The notes: generated by a model not told the origin, from the letters alone. Shown: positions 44,177-53,840, counted from the stretch's first letter. The stretch is DNA of 64,000 nucleotides from an uncultured Gemmataceae bacterium (GCA_963750165.1 CAVVPN010000001.1:416001-480000), one strand, 5' to 3'. Numbers and translations: made by a program.

Positions 44177-44392
44177 TCAGGTTACGGGCCCTTCGCCCTT
44201 TTCCGGCGGCGGGGTCGGTCGGCCGAAGGAAAACAGGCGCAGGAAACGGTGCCAGAGGCTGGGCTTCTTGCAGGAGACGGGCTGACCACCAAGCCAGCGC
44301 CCGAGGTCGTCGGCCAATGCGGAGGCGCTCGGATAGCGTCGGGTGGGATCTTTTTCCAGGCACTTCAGACAGATGCTGTCCAGGTCAAGCGG
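44177..44392 (-). pseudogene. Orphan C-terminal tail of a Ser/Thr kinase
   Basis: Manual translation [39 protein letters not shown]... (subdomain XI); not in the ORF track. Confidence 0.85.
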
Positions 44393-44593
44393 TGTGCATG
44401 GATATGCGAATGTTCCGAAGAAAAGACAGGGTCCGATCTGGGATCAAAACTGGACAAACTTCCTTGTCGGCTGACGGGTCCGGCGGTTATCATACCAGGG
44501 TGCGATGACTTCGAGATGCGAAGCGGTAGAGATTTTCTACCGTAACATCTGTCCCCCAATGAGTTCTTTACAGCAGAGAACCGGGAAACCGAA

Positions 44594-45193
44594 ATGGCGA
44601 ACCTCGATCAGCACCAATTGCTGCCACTGCTCCACCAGGCGTTGGCCGGGGATGCCTGCGCCTGGAACGACTTCTTCGGACATATTCGCAGGTATGTGGC
44701 CGCCGAGGTCCACAAGGCGCTCGGGTCGAACGGCGACTGGCCCCTCGACCATTCCAACCTGATCCAGAGCACTCTGCGGCGGGTCTGGGAGCGGATCGGC
44801 AAACAGTTCGCCGGTGGTGCCGAGGAAGCGACGCTCCGCCGCTTCCTCGCCTGGGTGAGCACAATCGTAAGCAACCGCGTCCATGATGAATGGCGGAGGA
44901 TCCGAATCGTCGCCGGGGGCGATGCCGTGGACGACATCCCCCAGCCAAGCCGGAGCGGATCCGCGGCCAGGCGCGACCGCATCGCCGCAGAGTTGGCCGG
45001 GGCCCTGGCTGAACTCCCGGAGCGGCAGCGCCAGGTCGTCGAACTGTTCTGGTTCGAGGGGCTGTCGGACGTCGCCATCGGCGCCCGTCTGGGATGCCAA
45101 CCGCGGACGGCCAGCGTCATGCGCTGCCGAGCACTCCGCACCCTGCGAAACCCGAGGCTCCAGGCTCTACTGGAGGAAATTCATGACAGTTGA
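44594..45193 (+). CDS. ECF sigma factor
   Basis: GDACAWNDFF, LIQSTL, FLAWVSTIVSNRVHD (sigma2); LPERQRQVVELFWFEGLS..IGARLG (sigma4). Confidence 0.92.
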   Translation: MANLDQHQLLPLLHQALAGDACAWNDFFGHIRRYVAAEVHKALGSNGDWPLDHSNLIQSTLRRVWERIGKQFAGGAEEATLRRFLAWVSTIVSNRVHDEWRRIRIVAGGDAVDDIPQPSRSGSAARRDRIAAELAGALAELPERQRQVVELFWFEGLSDVAIGARLGCQPRTASVMRCRALRTLRNPRLQALLEEIHDS

Positions 45194-46856
45194 CGAAGAA
45201 CTGGCCGCCTGGGGGGAACCTCCCGTGAGTCCCGACGAAGAGCCTCTCCTGGCTTTCCTTGACCACTTCCTGGAAAAAAGGGCGCGCGGCGAACTTATTG
45301 ACGTGGAGGAATTGGTCACGGTGTTCCCGGGTCTGCCGCCGGAAGGCCCCGCCCTGGCCCGCACGGCGACGGGACTCGAAGAACTCGTAGCCAGCGTCCT
45401 GGACCACTCATCCGTCCAGCATGGCAGGAACGCTCCGCCGGACGCGCCGACCGAACTCTTCGAGCAGCCCACTCTTCCCGAGGGATTTCCGGGTCCAGCG
45501 CCGGCCGGCTTCCGAGTCCGGGCCTGCATCGGAGAGGGCTGCTTCAGCAAGGTCTGGCTGGCCGACCATCAGCGCCTCGGTATTCCCGTGGCGCTGAAGG
45601 CCCTGCACCTAGGCGCCACAGAAGAGACGCGGGCACTAGCGCTTGGTGTGCTGCAGAGCGAGGCGCGGGCCCTTGCCCGGCTCAACCATCCCAACATCGT
45701 CCGCGTCTATGGCCTGGAGCAGGTTGAGGGCGAACACTACCTTGTCCTACAGTTTGTGGACGGTGGTTCACTTCAGGCCCGCTTGACGAAAGACGGTCCG
45801 CTGGGCTGGGAGACTGCGGCACGCTACCTCGCCGATGTCGGCGAAGCTCTAATCCACGTGCATGCTGCCGGAGTCGTGCATCGCGACATCAAGCCAGCTA
45901 ACATCCTGTGGGACTCCTTGCAGGACGAGGCGTTGCTAACCGATTTTGGCCTGGCGACACGGCTCACAGAGACAAAAGAGGCAGCGGGAACGCCATTGTA
46001 CATGGCCCCAGAGGCATTCGCCGGACGCAGCACCCCGGCGAGTGAGGTGTACGGTCTGGCAGCCACCTTATTCGCCCTGGTGACCGGTCAGGTGCCGTTC
46101 CCGGCCATGACGCGACGCGAACTGTTAGAGCGCATTCAGCACGGTCTGCCCGATCGCGAGCCGCTGTTCGCAGGCGTTCCCGAAGCGCTGGAACGTCTCA
46201 TCCGCGCCGGCCTCGCGGCAGCGCCCGAGCGCCGTCCTGAGTTGCCCTTGTTTGTGGAAACTTTGCGTGGCGCGTTGAACCAACTCCTGGCCGACTCGCT
46301 CCTGCTGCCGACCGCCGGAACGACCATGCCAGCCGCGGTTGACCTGCGTCTGCGAGTTTCCCGACTGGACAGCCGCGGCGGCTGGACCCAGGTGGCCTCG
46401 ACCCATCCTGAGCCCGCTGGACTTACACGCGACATGACCAAGGTGCCGCCCAAGCCGGAATACGTCGGCGTACGGACTGGCGACCGGGTTCGTGTCGAAG
46501 TTCTGACCAACCGCGATGGTTTCGTGACCGTATTCAACGTCGGGCCAACGGGTCAGTTGAATCTACTTCACCCCGACCCCGACGCATCTGCGGCCGTGCA
46601 GGCGAACCGGAACCTGCAGGTTCTCGACGTGGCCCTGACGCCACCGGCAGGCCGCGAGCGATTGTTTGCCGTCTGGAGCCAGGCGCCGCTGCCACTGTCG
46701 CTCGCCGATCTGGTGCATCTGACCCAAGGCAGCGTGCCGGTGTCGGCGTGCTACCGGTCCACCCGCAACATGGAACGCGTGCAGGCATCAGTTCAGCAAT
46801 TACATCGGGAGGATTGGCAAGCAACGGTGCTTGAATTAGACCACCGAGATTGTTGA
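45183..46856 (+). CDS. Ser/Thr kinase with N-terminal extension and C-terminal DUF4384-like domain
   Basis: GEGCFS, VALK, HRDIKPAN, DFG, GTPLYMAPE; GDRVRVEV..DGFVTVFNVGPTG.LNLLHP..LTPPAGRERL; overlaps the sigma stop codon. Confidence 0.92.
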   Translation: MTVDEELAAWGEPPVSPDEEPLLAFLDHFLEKRARGELIDVEELVTVFPGLPPEGPALARTATGLEELVASVLDHSSVQHGRNAPPDAPTELFEQPTLPEGFPGPAPAGFRVRACIGEGCFSKVWLADHQRLGIPVALKALHLGATEETRALALGVLQSEARALARLNHPNIVRVYGLEQVEGEHYLVLQFVDGGSLQARLTKDGPLGWETAARYLADVGEALIHVHAAGVVHRDIKPANILWDSLQDEALLTDFGLATRLTETKEAAGTPLYMAPEAFAGRSTPASEVYGLAATLFALVTGQVPFPAMTRRELLERIQHGLPDREPLFAGVPEALERLIRAGLAAAPERRPELPLFVETLRGALNQLLADSLLLPTAGTTMPAAVDLRLRVSRLDSRGGWTQVASTHPEPAGLTRDMTKVPPKPEYVGVRTGDRVRVEVLTNRDGFVTVFNVGPTGQLNLLHPDPDASAAVQANRNLQVLDVALTPPAGRERLFAVWSQAPLPLSLADLVHLTQGSVPVSACYRSTRNMERVQASVQQLHREDWQATVLELDHRDC

Positions 46857-46894
46857 TTGCAAGGGCTCGACTTGGCTGGCTTGATGCCGTGCAG

Positions 46895-47000
46895 TCCATA
46901 TCAAGCGAGCCGCAACATGGTGCGCGTCAAGCAATCGGTGCAGCAGTTGCCGGCTGAGGATTGGCAGGTTGTGGTGCTGGAGCTGGAGCATCATGGGTAG
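46895..47000 (+). pseudogene. Orphan paralogous tail of the DUF4384-like domain
   Basis: YQASRNMVRVKQSVQQLPAEDWQVVVLELEHHG* versus YRSTRNMERVQASVQQLHREDWQATVLELDHRDC*. Confidence 0.8.
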
Positions 47001-47055
47001 CGATCCGCGACCAGTGCGAGGAACTAAACTATCCAATATCCAGTAGAGACTTCCC

Positions 47056-48006
47056 ATGCACGAAAATGACGTTTTAACAAAGCTCGACATGCTCAACCAA
47101 ACAACGGTGGAACTGTATGAGCAAGGTCAAATTCAGCAAGCGTTTGCAATTGCCCGCCAGAAGTTGCAATTGGCGCAAACGTATTTAGGACCCAACAATC
47201 TCCGTACCGTTGCCAGCCTCGACAACCTTGGGGAAATGCTACAGTCCATGGGCGAACTGGCGGAAGCGCGGACCTACTTCGAGCGGTCCTTGGCCATCAC
47301 GGAAATGGTGCTTGGCCCCGAGCATCCCCACACCGCCGTCAGGCTTAACAACCTAGGTAATTTACTGCATGAAATGGACGAATTGGCGGGAGCGCTGCCC
47401 TGCCACGAGCGCGCCTTGACGATCTTGGAGAAGGTGCATGGCCCAGAGCATCCCGATACTGCCACCAGCCTCAACAGCCTGGGTTTATTGCTGCGAAACA
47501 TGGGTGACTTGGTGGGAGCGCAGGCCCACCTCGAACGTGCCCTGGCCATCAGGGAGAAGGTGCTGGGCCCTGAACATCCCAGAACCGCCACCAGTTTCAA
47601 CAGCCTGGGTGAATTGTTACGTGACATGGGCGACCTTGCGGGAGCGCAGGCCTACCTCGAACGTGCCCTGGCCATCAGGGAGAAGGTGCTGGGCCCCGAG
47701 CATTTCGAGACCGCCATCAGCCTCAACAACCTAGGCGCCCTGCTGCAGGCCATGGGCGACCTGCCAGGAGCGCGGGTCCACCTTGAGGTGGCGTTGACGA
47801 TCAGGGAGGAGATGCTGGGTCCCGAGCATCCCTCCACCGCGGCCACCTTGAACAACCTGGGTGAACTATTAAATGACATGGACGACCTGGCGGGAGCGCG
47901 GCTCTACTACGAGCGTGCCTTGATTATTTGTGAGAAAGTGCTGGGCCCTGAGCATTCAGATAACGCCACCTGTCTCAGCAATCTGGGCGGCCTTATGGGA
48001 GGCTGA
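47056..48006 (+). CDS. TPR (42-aa repeat) protein, probably 3'-truncated
   Basis: About seven LGPEHPxTAxSLNNLG repeats, ending mid-repeat about 50 bp before the att arm. Confidence 0.85.
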   Translation: MHENDVLTKLDMLNQTTVELYEQGQIQQAFAIARQKLQLAQTYLGPNNLRTVASLDNLGEMLQSMGELAEARTYFERSLAITEMVLGPEHPHTAVRLNNLGNLLHEMDELAGALPCHERALTILEKVHGPEHPDTATSLNSLGLLLRNMGDLVGAQAHLERALAIREKVLGPEHPRTATSFNSLGELLRDMGDLAGAQAYLERALAIREKVLGPEHFETAISLNNLGALLQAMGDLPGARVHLEVALTIREEMLGPEHPSTAATLNNLGELLNDMDDLAGARLYYERALIICEKVLGPEHSDNATCLSNLGGLMGG

Positions 48007-48053
48007 ATTTGCGGGGCTTCGATTTGCGACACTAGCGATCCGGTAGTCGCCAC

Positions 48054-48251
<198 letters not shown>

Positions 48252-48448
48252 GTAAGTGCAAGAGCCGCAAGTAGTTGCGGCTCTTGCCGTTTTTACACTT
48301 CGTCGCAACCGAGTGGATTTCACAGGATTTCACAGAAACGGGGCGAAACAGGCCAACTCTCGTACTGCGTGCGAGGGGGACTTCAGGCCCGTTGTCGGGC
48401 AACTGGCGGTCGCTGACCTTGACGCACCGGCACCCCAGCAGCGCAACG

Positions 48449-48475
48449 AAAAGGCCACCGTTCGGTGGCCTTTTG
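48449..48475 (-). terminator. Intrinsic terminator after the integrase
   Basis: AAAAGGCCACCG-tt-CGGTGGCCTTTT. Confidence 0.7.
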
Positions 48476-48497
48476 CACGCCCTTCTTCAGCCACGGC

Positions 48498-49904
48498 TTA
48501 CCCGGTGTTCGACTCCCGCATCGCCTCGGTCGCCTGCGCCGTTTCCAGCTTGGTGACGAGCCTCCGGGCCAGTGACCAGTCTTTCGCCGCCGTCGCCGCA
48601 AGCAACTGCTGCTCCAGGCGGTCGGTGGCCGACTCGACGTAGCCGTACCGCCGAGCCACGTCGAGGAGCAGGCTCGCCACGATCCGCCAGAAGGTTCGGT
48701 TGCTCCGGTGCCGCAGTTCCTCGTCCTCCTCCGTGACGTAGGAAGTCATCATCACCGCCTCGCCAACCCTGGCATCCTCGGCCACTCGCCGGTTGATGTC
48801 CTCGCCCCGGCGTGCCTGCTGCAACATCGTCTTGCGGAAGTGGTGGACGTAGGGCCGCCCGTTCGGGCTGCCCTCGGACCACTCCTTCACCCTGCGGTAG
48901 AACCAGTCGGCGAAGTTCTCCGGGTCGAACTCCCGGCGAATCTTCTTGAGCGTCCCCGCTCGGTCCTGGTGTACACGCTGAATCTGGTCACTGTAGGCGG
49001 CGAAGACGAACGGGCTGTCGGTCCTTGCGGCCAGAAGTTCTCGATGCACGCTATCCGGGACGCGGAACCAGCGCTTCACCCCATTCTTGCCGACGATCTC
49101 GAAGTGGACCTCCCGCCCGACGATGCGCTGGGCTTCCCACGTCAGGCTCGCAATCTCGCTCTTGCGGCAGCCTGACCATAGGAAGACCTTCGCCGCCAAG
49201 GGGCCGACGCCGACGCCCGACCAGGACGTTTGCAAGTGGTCCAGAAGGGACAGCAGTTCCTCGCCCGTGAACCGGCGCTTGGGCTTTTGCAGGCCGTCGA
49301 TCCAGGTGAACTGGCTCCACGGGTTCGACGTGAGCAGCTTCTTCTCCCCGACGACGCCCCGGACGCATTTCCTCCCTGCGTTGCGGTTGGCCCGCTCGAA
49401 CGCCGCCAGCAGCGACCGGCTCCACTTCAGCACGGTGTTCGGACTCAGGCACTCGGTCGTTTCCTGCTTCCGGGGGTAATCCCGCCGCCAGTTCTTTTTC
49501 AACCGCAGCGCCTCCCGTTGGAACCGCTCACACTCGTCTGGCGTGGCGAGGGTGACGGGCTTCAGCCCGGTGATCTGCCGGAAGGCGGCGATGGCGTCCA
49601 GGCAGTCCTCCAGCGTCTTTTCCGCCCGCCTCCGGGCCGAGGGGTCGGTCTTCTTCTGGTAGTGCCGGCGCTGGATTTCCTCGAAGTCCTCGTCCGACAG
49701 CACCGTCTCTCCCAGGTCGGGCCGCTTGCCCCCGTTCCTGAGCATGTTCTCCACCACACGAACGGCGTCGTCCCGGTCTGCCGTGCCGGTGCTTTTGCTC
49801 GTGACCAGGCCAGGCCAGAAGGCGTACCAGGAGGCACGAGTTCCGGTTGGCGGGTGGAGGGTGACCGAAACGGGCGTGCCGTCCACCAGCACGGTTATCT
49901 TCAC
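48498..49904 (-). CDS. Tyrosine integrase of a further element next to the tRNA-Asp fragment
   Basis: N-terminal arm-like SWYAFW..KSTGTAD; SGCRKSE, GKNG, HHFRKT, TSY motifs. Confidence 0.88.
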   Translation of the reverse strand: MKITVLVDGTPVSVTLHPPTGTRASWYAFWPGLVTSKSTGTADRDDAVRVVENMLRNGGKRPDLGETVLSDEDFEEIQRRHYQKKTDPSARRRAEKTLEDCLDAIAAFRQITGLKPVTLATPDECERFQREALRLKKNWRRDYPRKQETTECLSPNTVLKWSRSLLAAFERANRNAGRKCVRGVVGEKKLLTSNPWSQFTWIDGLQKPKRRFTGEELLSLLDHLQTSWSGVGVGPLAAKVFLWSGCRKSEIASLTWEAQRIVGREVHFEIVGKNGVKRWFRVPDSVHRELLAARTDSPFVFAAYSDQIQRVHQDRAGTLKKIRREFDPENFADWFYRRVKEWSEGSPNGRPYVHHFRKTMLQQARRGEDINRRVAEDARVGEAVMMTSYVTEEDEELRHRSNRTFWRIVASLLLDVARRYGYVESATDRLEQQLLAATAAKDWSLARRLVTKLETAQATEAMRESNTG

Positions 49905-49969
49905 CGTTCGCTGCTTCGGTTTGCGGGGCCTGGGTCGTTACTCTTGAAGCCAGGTCGTGTTGCCGAATT

Positions 49970-50698
49970 CTAGTTGCGGGTCAAGCGCCTCTTCCGTGGC
50001 CGTGCCTCGATCCACGGCTCGATCTTCGACCGGAAGAACTTCCAGTACGTCCCGTGGCCGGTGCCAGGGACGATGCAGTGCGCCGGGATTTCGCCGGCAA
50101 GCGCCATCTGTGAAATCCGCTTCACCGTCAGGCCCAACTTTTCGGCGACGTACACCGTGTCCACGATGTCGGACGGGGGTGGGTCGAGACGGTCGGCGAT
50201 CCGGCGAACGTCTGCTGCGACCGACGCCAAGGGAGCGGCCAGAAGCCCGGCGAGTGCCTTTGCCGTTGCATGGGCCTCGTCGTCCAGTGGGCCGAACCTC
50301 GTGAGGAAGTGCTGCGTCACGAGCAATATCGCCCGGTCAATGGCAGCGTGACGGTCGAGTGCGGAGCGACGAATCTCGGCGGCAATCGCCTGCAATTCTG
50401 GCGAACGGTCCAACAGGGCTTGGGCAGTGGCCTCGTGAGGCGGCGACTGCCCGCCGCCCTTGAACCCGACGATGCCAACGAACTCCAGCACATCGCCAGC
50501 AGCCAGAACATGCTGGACGCCAACTGCTTCCCCGTTGACGAACGGCAAGGCGAAGTAGGGAATGTTGAAGGCGCTCTTCACCGAGGAGCGGACGCTCTCG
50601 ACCGTTGCGCCTGCGACCATGAAGAGGTCGTCGTTCGCTCCGTGAATCACCTTCACAGCATCCAGATCAGTCAGTAGGTGTTGAAGGAGTGGGACCAT
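49970..50698 (-). CDS. Ubiquitin-like (ThiS/MoaD-fold) domain fused to an excisionase-type HTH
   Basis: VKVIHGAN..VAGATV..FNIP..FVNGEAV...LAAGDVLEFV...GFKGG; C-terminal VDTVYVAEKLGLTVKRISQMALAGEIP...WKFFRSKIEPWI. Confidence 0.75.
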   Translation of the reverse strand: MVPLLQHLLTDLDAVKVIHGANDDLFMVAGATVESVRSSVKSAFNIPYFALPFVNGEAVGVQHVLAAGDVLEFVGIVGFKGGGQSPPHEATAQALLDRSPELQAIAAEIRRSALDRHAAIDRAILLVTQHFLTRFGPLDDEAHATAKALAGLLAAPLASVAADVRRIADRLDPPPSDIVDTVYVAEKLGLTVKRISQMALAGEIPAHCIVPGTGHGTYWKFFRSKIEPWIEARPRKRRLTRN

Positions 50699-51182
50699 TT
50701 CCAGACAACCTCCCATCCACGCCGTCCAGCGTGGTGATCGAGATTGCCTGGTCGGTTTCGGGCCGTCGTCCGTCTGAGGTGGGAAAGCTGAGAGCGATGT
50801 GTGAAGCGGCCACAAGAAAACGTCCCGGTGATGAAGATACTACCACGATTTGTGTGAGTTGTAAATCACGGCAGGCGAGAGGCCCGCTTTTCTCGTCGAT
50901 CTTGGAACAAGTGCTTGTACTGGTAAGGCGCTTTTGTCGGCTTCGGCTCCTTGGCCGTCGCCGGCACGAGGTTGTGTTGGCGCACAGCTACTTCGTCCTT
51001 TTCTTGAGAACCTGACTCCTGAGCCGTGGTGGGGCTGTCGAGCAGGTGCGGTGGAGAGGGGGCAGCCTCGACACGCTCTCGTCGTCGATGATTCATTCCA
51101 GACCATCGTACCCGTGTTTTTCGAGAACTGTAAGCTGTCAGATGAAGATTCGTTGTCGAGCGAGGACCGAGAGGGAGCGACC

Positions 51183-51869
51183 GTGGCACGAGAAGAGGAA
51201 AAGCTGAAGCTGGGCAAGGGCGCTGCCTTCGTCAAGAGCCGCTTCAAGCGTCTGCGCCAGGAGGGCGAAACCTGGGAAGCTGACTTCCGGGCCTTGCCCA
51301 AGCCGATCACGCAGAGCCAGACGCACTACCTCGGCCTGGTCGTCACCCAGCCAGACGGCCCCCTCCTGGCCGATTCCCACGTCGAGGGCAGGCCCAGCGT
51401 CAACGACCTCGCCATGCTGCTGGCCCACGCCATGCGCCGCCCGCTGACCGGGAAATCACACCGGCCCCGGCGCATCCACGTCCGGGGGCACCACCAATGG
51501 CGAGAGCTATTCCCGCACCTGGCGGAAATCGGCATCGAGGTCGCCGTGCAGAAAGAACTGCCCCAGGTCCAGGAAGCCTACGAGGCCCACCTGCGGCGGC
51601 TGCGAGAGGCCCACCGTGTCGGCATGGTCAAACCCACCAGGGAGCAGGCCGGCGTCGAGAAGATGTTCCCGGCCATCGCCATGTGGGTCCGGGCCTACGG
51701 CCATGTCGAGATCGGCGATCAGGAGATGTTTGGATTCGTCGTGCGGGCGCTGGACTACGGCGGCATGATCTTCGAGGACGACAAGCCCGACACGCTGGCC
51801 GAGGCGATGGCGGCGCTGGAGAAGGGGTTGACGGAGTATTTCGAGCGTGAAGGAATTGAGATCGAGTAG
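51183..51869 (+). CDS. Hypothetical protein (full-length copy of 8165-8806)
   Basis: GGGAG RBS, GTG start; conserved with its paralog. Confidence 0.8.
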   Translation: MAREEEKLKLGKGAAFVKSRFKRLRQEGETWEADFRALPKPITQSQTHYLGLVVTQPDGPLLADSHVEGRPSVNDLAMLLAHAMRRPLTGKSHRPRRIHVRGHHQWRELFPHLAEIGIEVAVQKELPQVQEAYEAHLRRLREAHRVGMVKPTREQAGVEKMFPAIAMWVRAYGHVEIGDQEMFGFVVRALDYGGMIFEDDKPDTLAEAMAALEKGLTEYFEREGIEIE

Positions 51870-51896
51870 TCGCTGGGGAGCGGCATTTTCTAACGA

Positions 51897-52514
51897 CTAC
51901 CGGCCTGGACCATCCTTTAGCCGCTTCAGCCTGGCATGTACGCCGTCCCACAAGTCCCGACGTGCCTCCAGGGCCGTCACTGCCGCCTCTTCTGCTTCCT
52001 GCCAACGAGCCTCGTCGTTACCACACAAGGACATGACGAGCCTGACCGCCATCGGGCCATGCTCGCCCTCGTCCAGCCCGATGTGACGGCGCAGATAGTA
52101 ACGGACGCCGGCCAGCGGGTCATGATGTGTCAGGCGGGCCTCGGCCATGGCACAACAGGCAAGGTCTTCGTCGGTGATGGCGGCAAGCACCGACAGGGGC
52201 CATGATCGGTGCGCCGGGTTGCAACCCGCCGTCTTGCCGCCGAACTCTCGGTGGACCTGCGCCGTGGCTTCCGGGGCCGGCACACCAGCCGCTACGAGGG
52301 CGAGCGCCCGTGCGCTGACCGGGCCGGTGTCGAACGCCCCCTCCCGCCACCAGTGCAGGTAGCGCTCCAGGATGTTCGCCGGGGCGAAGTAGCCGCAATC
52401 GAGCAGGCTCTCGGCCAGCCGCACGGCCATGCGAATCGGCCCGCCGTTCCGGTCGCCGGCAGCCAGCCCGACCAGCACTCCTTGACACCGATCTGCTGCG
52501 GCCGCCTCGGTCAT
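51897..52514 (-). pseudogene. Chimera: ADP-ribosylglycohydrolase N-terminus fused in frame to a DUF3050 C-terminus
   Basis: DRCQGVLVGLAAGD..AGCNPAHR..ARLTHHDPLA, then [16 protein letters not shown]; junction near 52106. Confidence 0.8.
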
Positions 52515-52550
52515 CGCCCCTGCTCCCGGCCCACTCGAAACCCTGTTCCC

Positions 52551-53462
52551 TTACGCTTCGGCAGGCCAGTGGTCCCGCAGAGCCTTGTAGAAATCGTCCA
52601 CGTCGGCGTGTTCAGGCAGCCCGGCGACCTGGGCATCGCCGAGTTCCACAATCAGCCAGTCCCCACCCCGTCGCTGTGCCACGTCCATCGTGAAGAAGCG
52701 ACTCCGCACGCCCTCGGCCAGTGTTGCGAACCGCTCCACGGGCGGCACCGAACCCTGGTAGTTCGCCCCCTCCCAATACGGCGTCCAGAAGACCAACTGG
52801 CCGTCGAGGAAGAACAGCCGGAACTCCTTGGTCAGCGGCATCCCGCTCTTGGGGTGCCGCCCCAGGGGCTCGAACTCGATGAATTCCCGGAAGACCAGCC
52901 CTTCGCTGAGGTCGTCGCCCTGTAGCTCCAGAAAGCGGCGCACAACTCGCTCCACCGAAGCACGGTCGGACGCAGACGGGATGAAGCACGCCTCGGCCCA
53001 CTCGTGCTTCCTCGACTTGACGAAATCCTTCACCACGACCGGGGCTGACCCGAACGGGCGCAATAGCTCCATGATCTCGTCCGTCGAAACGTCGCCTGTT
53101 GTCTTGATCCAGACCGACCGGGGCGTGTGCGGCTCGATGACCGAGTACGATTCGGGTAGGTAATGGCAGTGCCGATAGGCAGTGGGGTGGTTGAGGAGCC
53201 GCAACCCTTTGGCTGCCAACGCCTCGTACATGAGCCGATATTGCTCCGGTGTCAGCGTCCAGCCCCGATAGACGCCGAGGCCGGGGTCGGGTTGCGGCAG
53301 CACCCGGCGCACCGCCTTCGCCGGGTCGTTGTCATGGGCCAGCGCATCGTGATCGACCAAGGTGAACGGAATACCCAGGCGTTCGGCAGCAGCGGCCTCG
53401 GCCTGGTACGCCTCGTCGGGCTGCCGGGGATTCAACGGGTCGGAACAGAACACGGGCTTCAT
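52551..53462 (-). CDS. ATP-grasp domain protein (R2K/DUF4343-like)
   Basis: YRGW, VKDFVKSRKHEW, GLVFREF, EFRLF, FFTMDVA, IVELGDAQVAG. Confidence 0.85.
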   Translation of the reverse strand: MKPVFCSDPLNPRQPDEAYQAEAAAAERLGIPFTLVDHDALAHDNDPAKAVRRVLPQPDPGLGVYRGWTLTPEQYRLMYEALAAKGLRLLNHPTAYRHCHYLPESYSVIEPHTPRSVWIKTTGDVSTDEIMELLRPFGSAPVVVKDFVKSRKHEWAEACFIPSASDRASVERVVRRFLELQGDDLSEGLVFREFIEFEPLGRHPKSGMPLTKEFRLFFLDGQLVFWTPYWEGANYQGSVPPVERFATLAEGVRSRFFTMDVAQRRGGDWLIVELGDAQVAGLPEHADVDDFYKALRDHWPAEA

Positions 53463-53623
53463 GGTACACAGCACGCTTCATAGATTGCGGACATGGCGGA
53501 CGATCCGCTCGTCCACCCGATAGCCAACCGCCTCCCAAAAGTTCATGTAGACAAAGGAAAAGCGACAGGCTGCAACGCCATCGTAGACCCACATCAGAAT
53601 ACTATTCACTGGCGGTCAACAAC

Positions 53624-53654
53624 GACGCCCCCGGACTCTTCATCCGGGGGCGTC
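53624..53654 (-). terminator. GC-rich hairpin, probable terminator
   Basis: GACGCCCCCGGA-7 nt-TCCGGGGGCGTC. Confidence 0.7.
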
Positions 53655-53665
53655 TGCATGAATAG

Positions 53666-53836
53666 CACGGCTGGCAGGCGGCAAAGCGAATCAGGAAGAG
53701 AGGAGTCTTGCACCTTGCGGTCTGCTTCTTGAACCAATGAACTGTGCGCCTTGACGCTCAGGATCGGCAAGAAGGTTCACCTTACAAGGGTGGATTGGGG
53801 TTCCTCCCTCTTCACCTTACCAACGAGCCAGCCGTG
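53666..53836 (-). ncRNA. Candidate structured RNA downstream of the DIP1984-like gene
   Basis: Perfect 10-bp closing stem, nested second stem, internal GUAAGGUGAA x2 and CAAG x4, then a terminator hairpin. Confidence 0.5.
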
Positions 53837-53840
53837 TGGC

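Noticed and set aside
46740..47000. Possible diversity-generating retroelement VR/TR pair (also 24547-24860 versus 27790-28100)
   Set aside because: Mismatches involve all four bases and many are synonymous rather than adenine-specific; no reverse transcriptase seen
47190..47990. 126-bp DNA repeats as a non-coding array
   Set aside because: Fully explained by 42-aa TPR repeats in frame
50866..51000. KAPYQY as the start of a DNA methyltransferase
   Set aside because: Only a few residues resemble the motif, and there is no continuation
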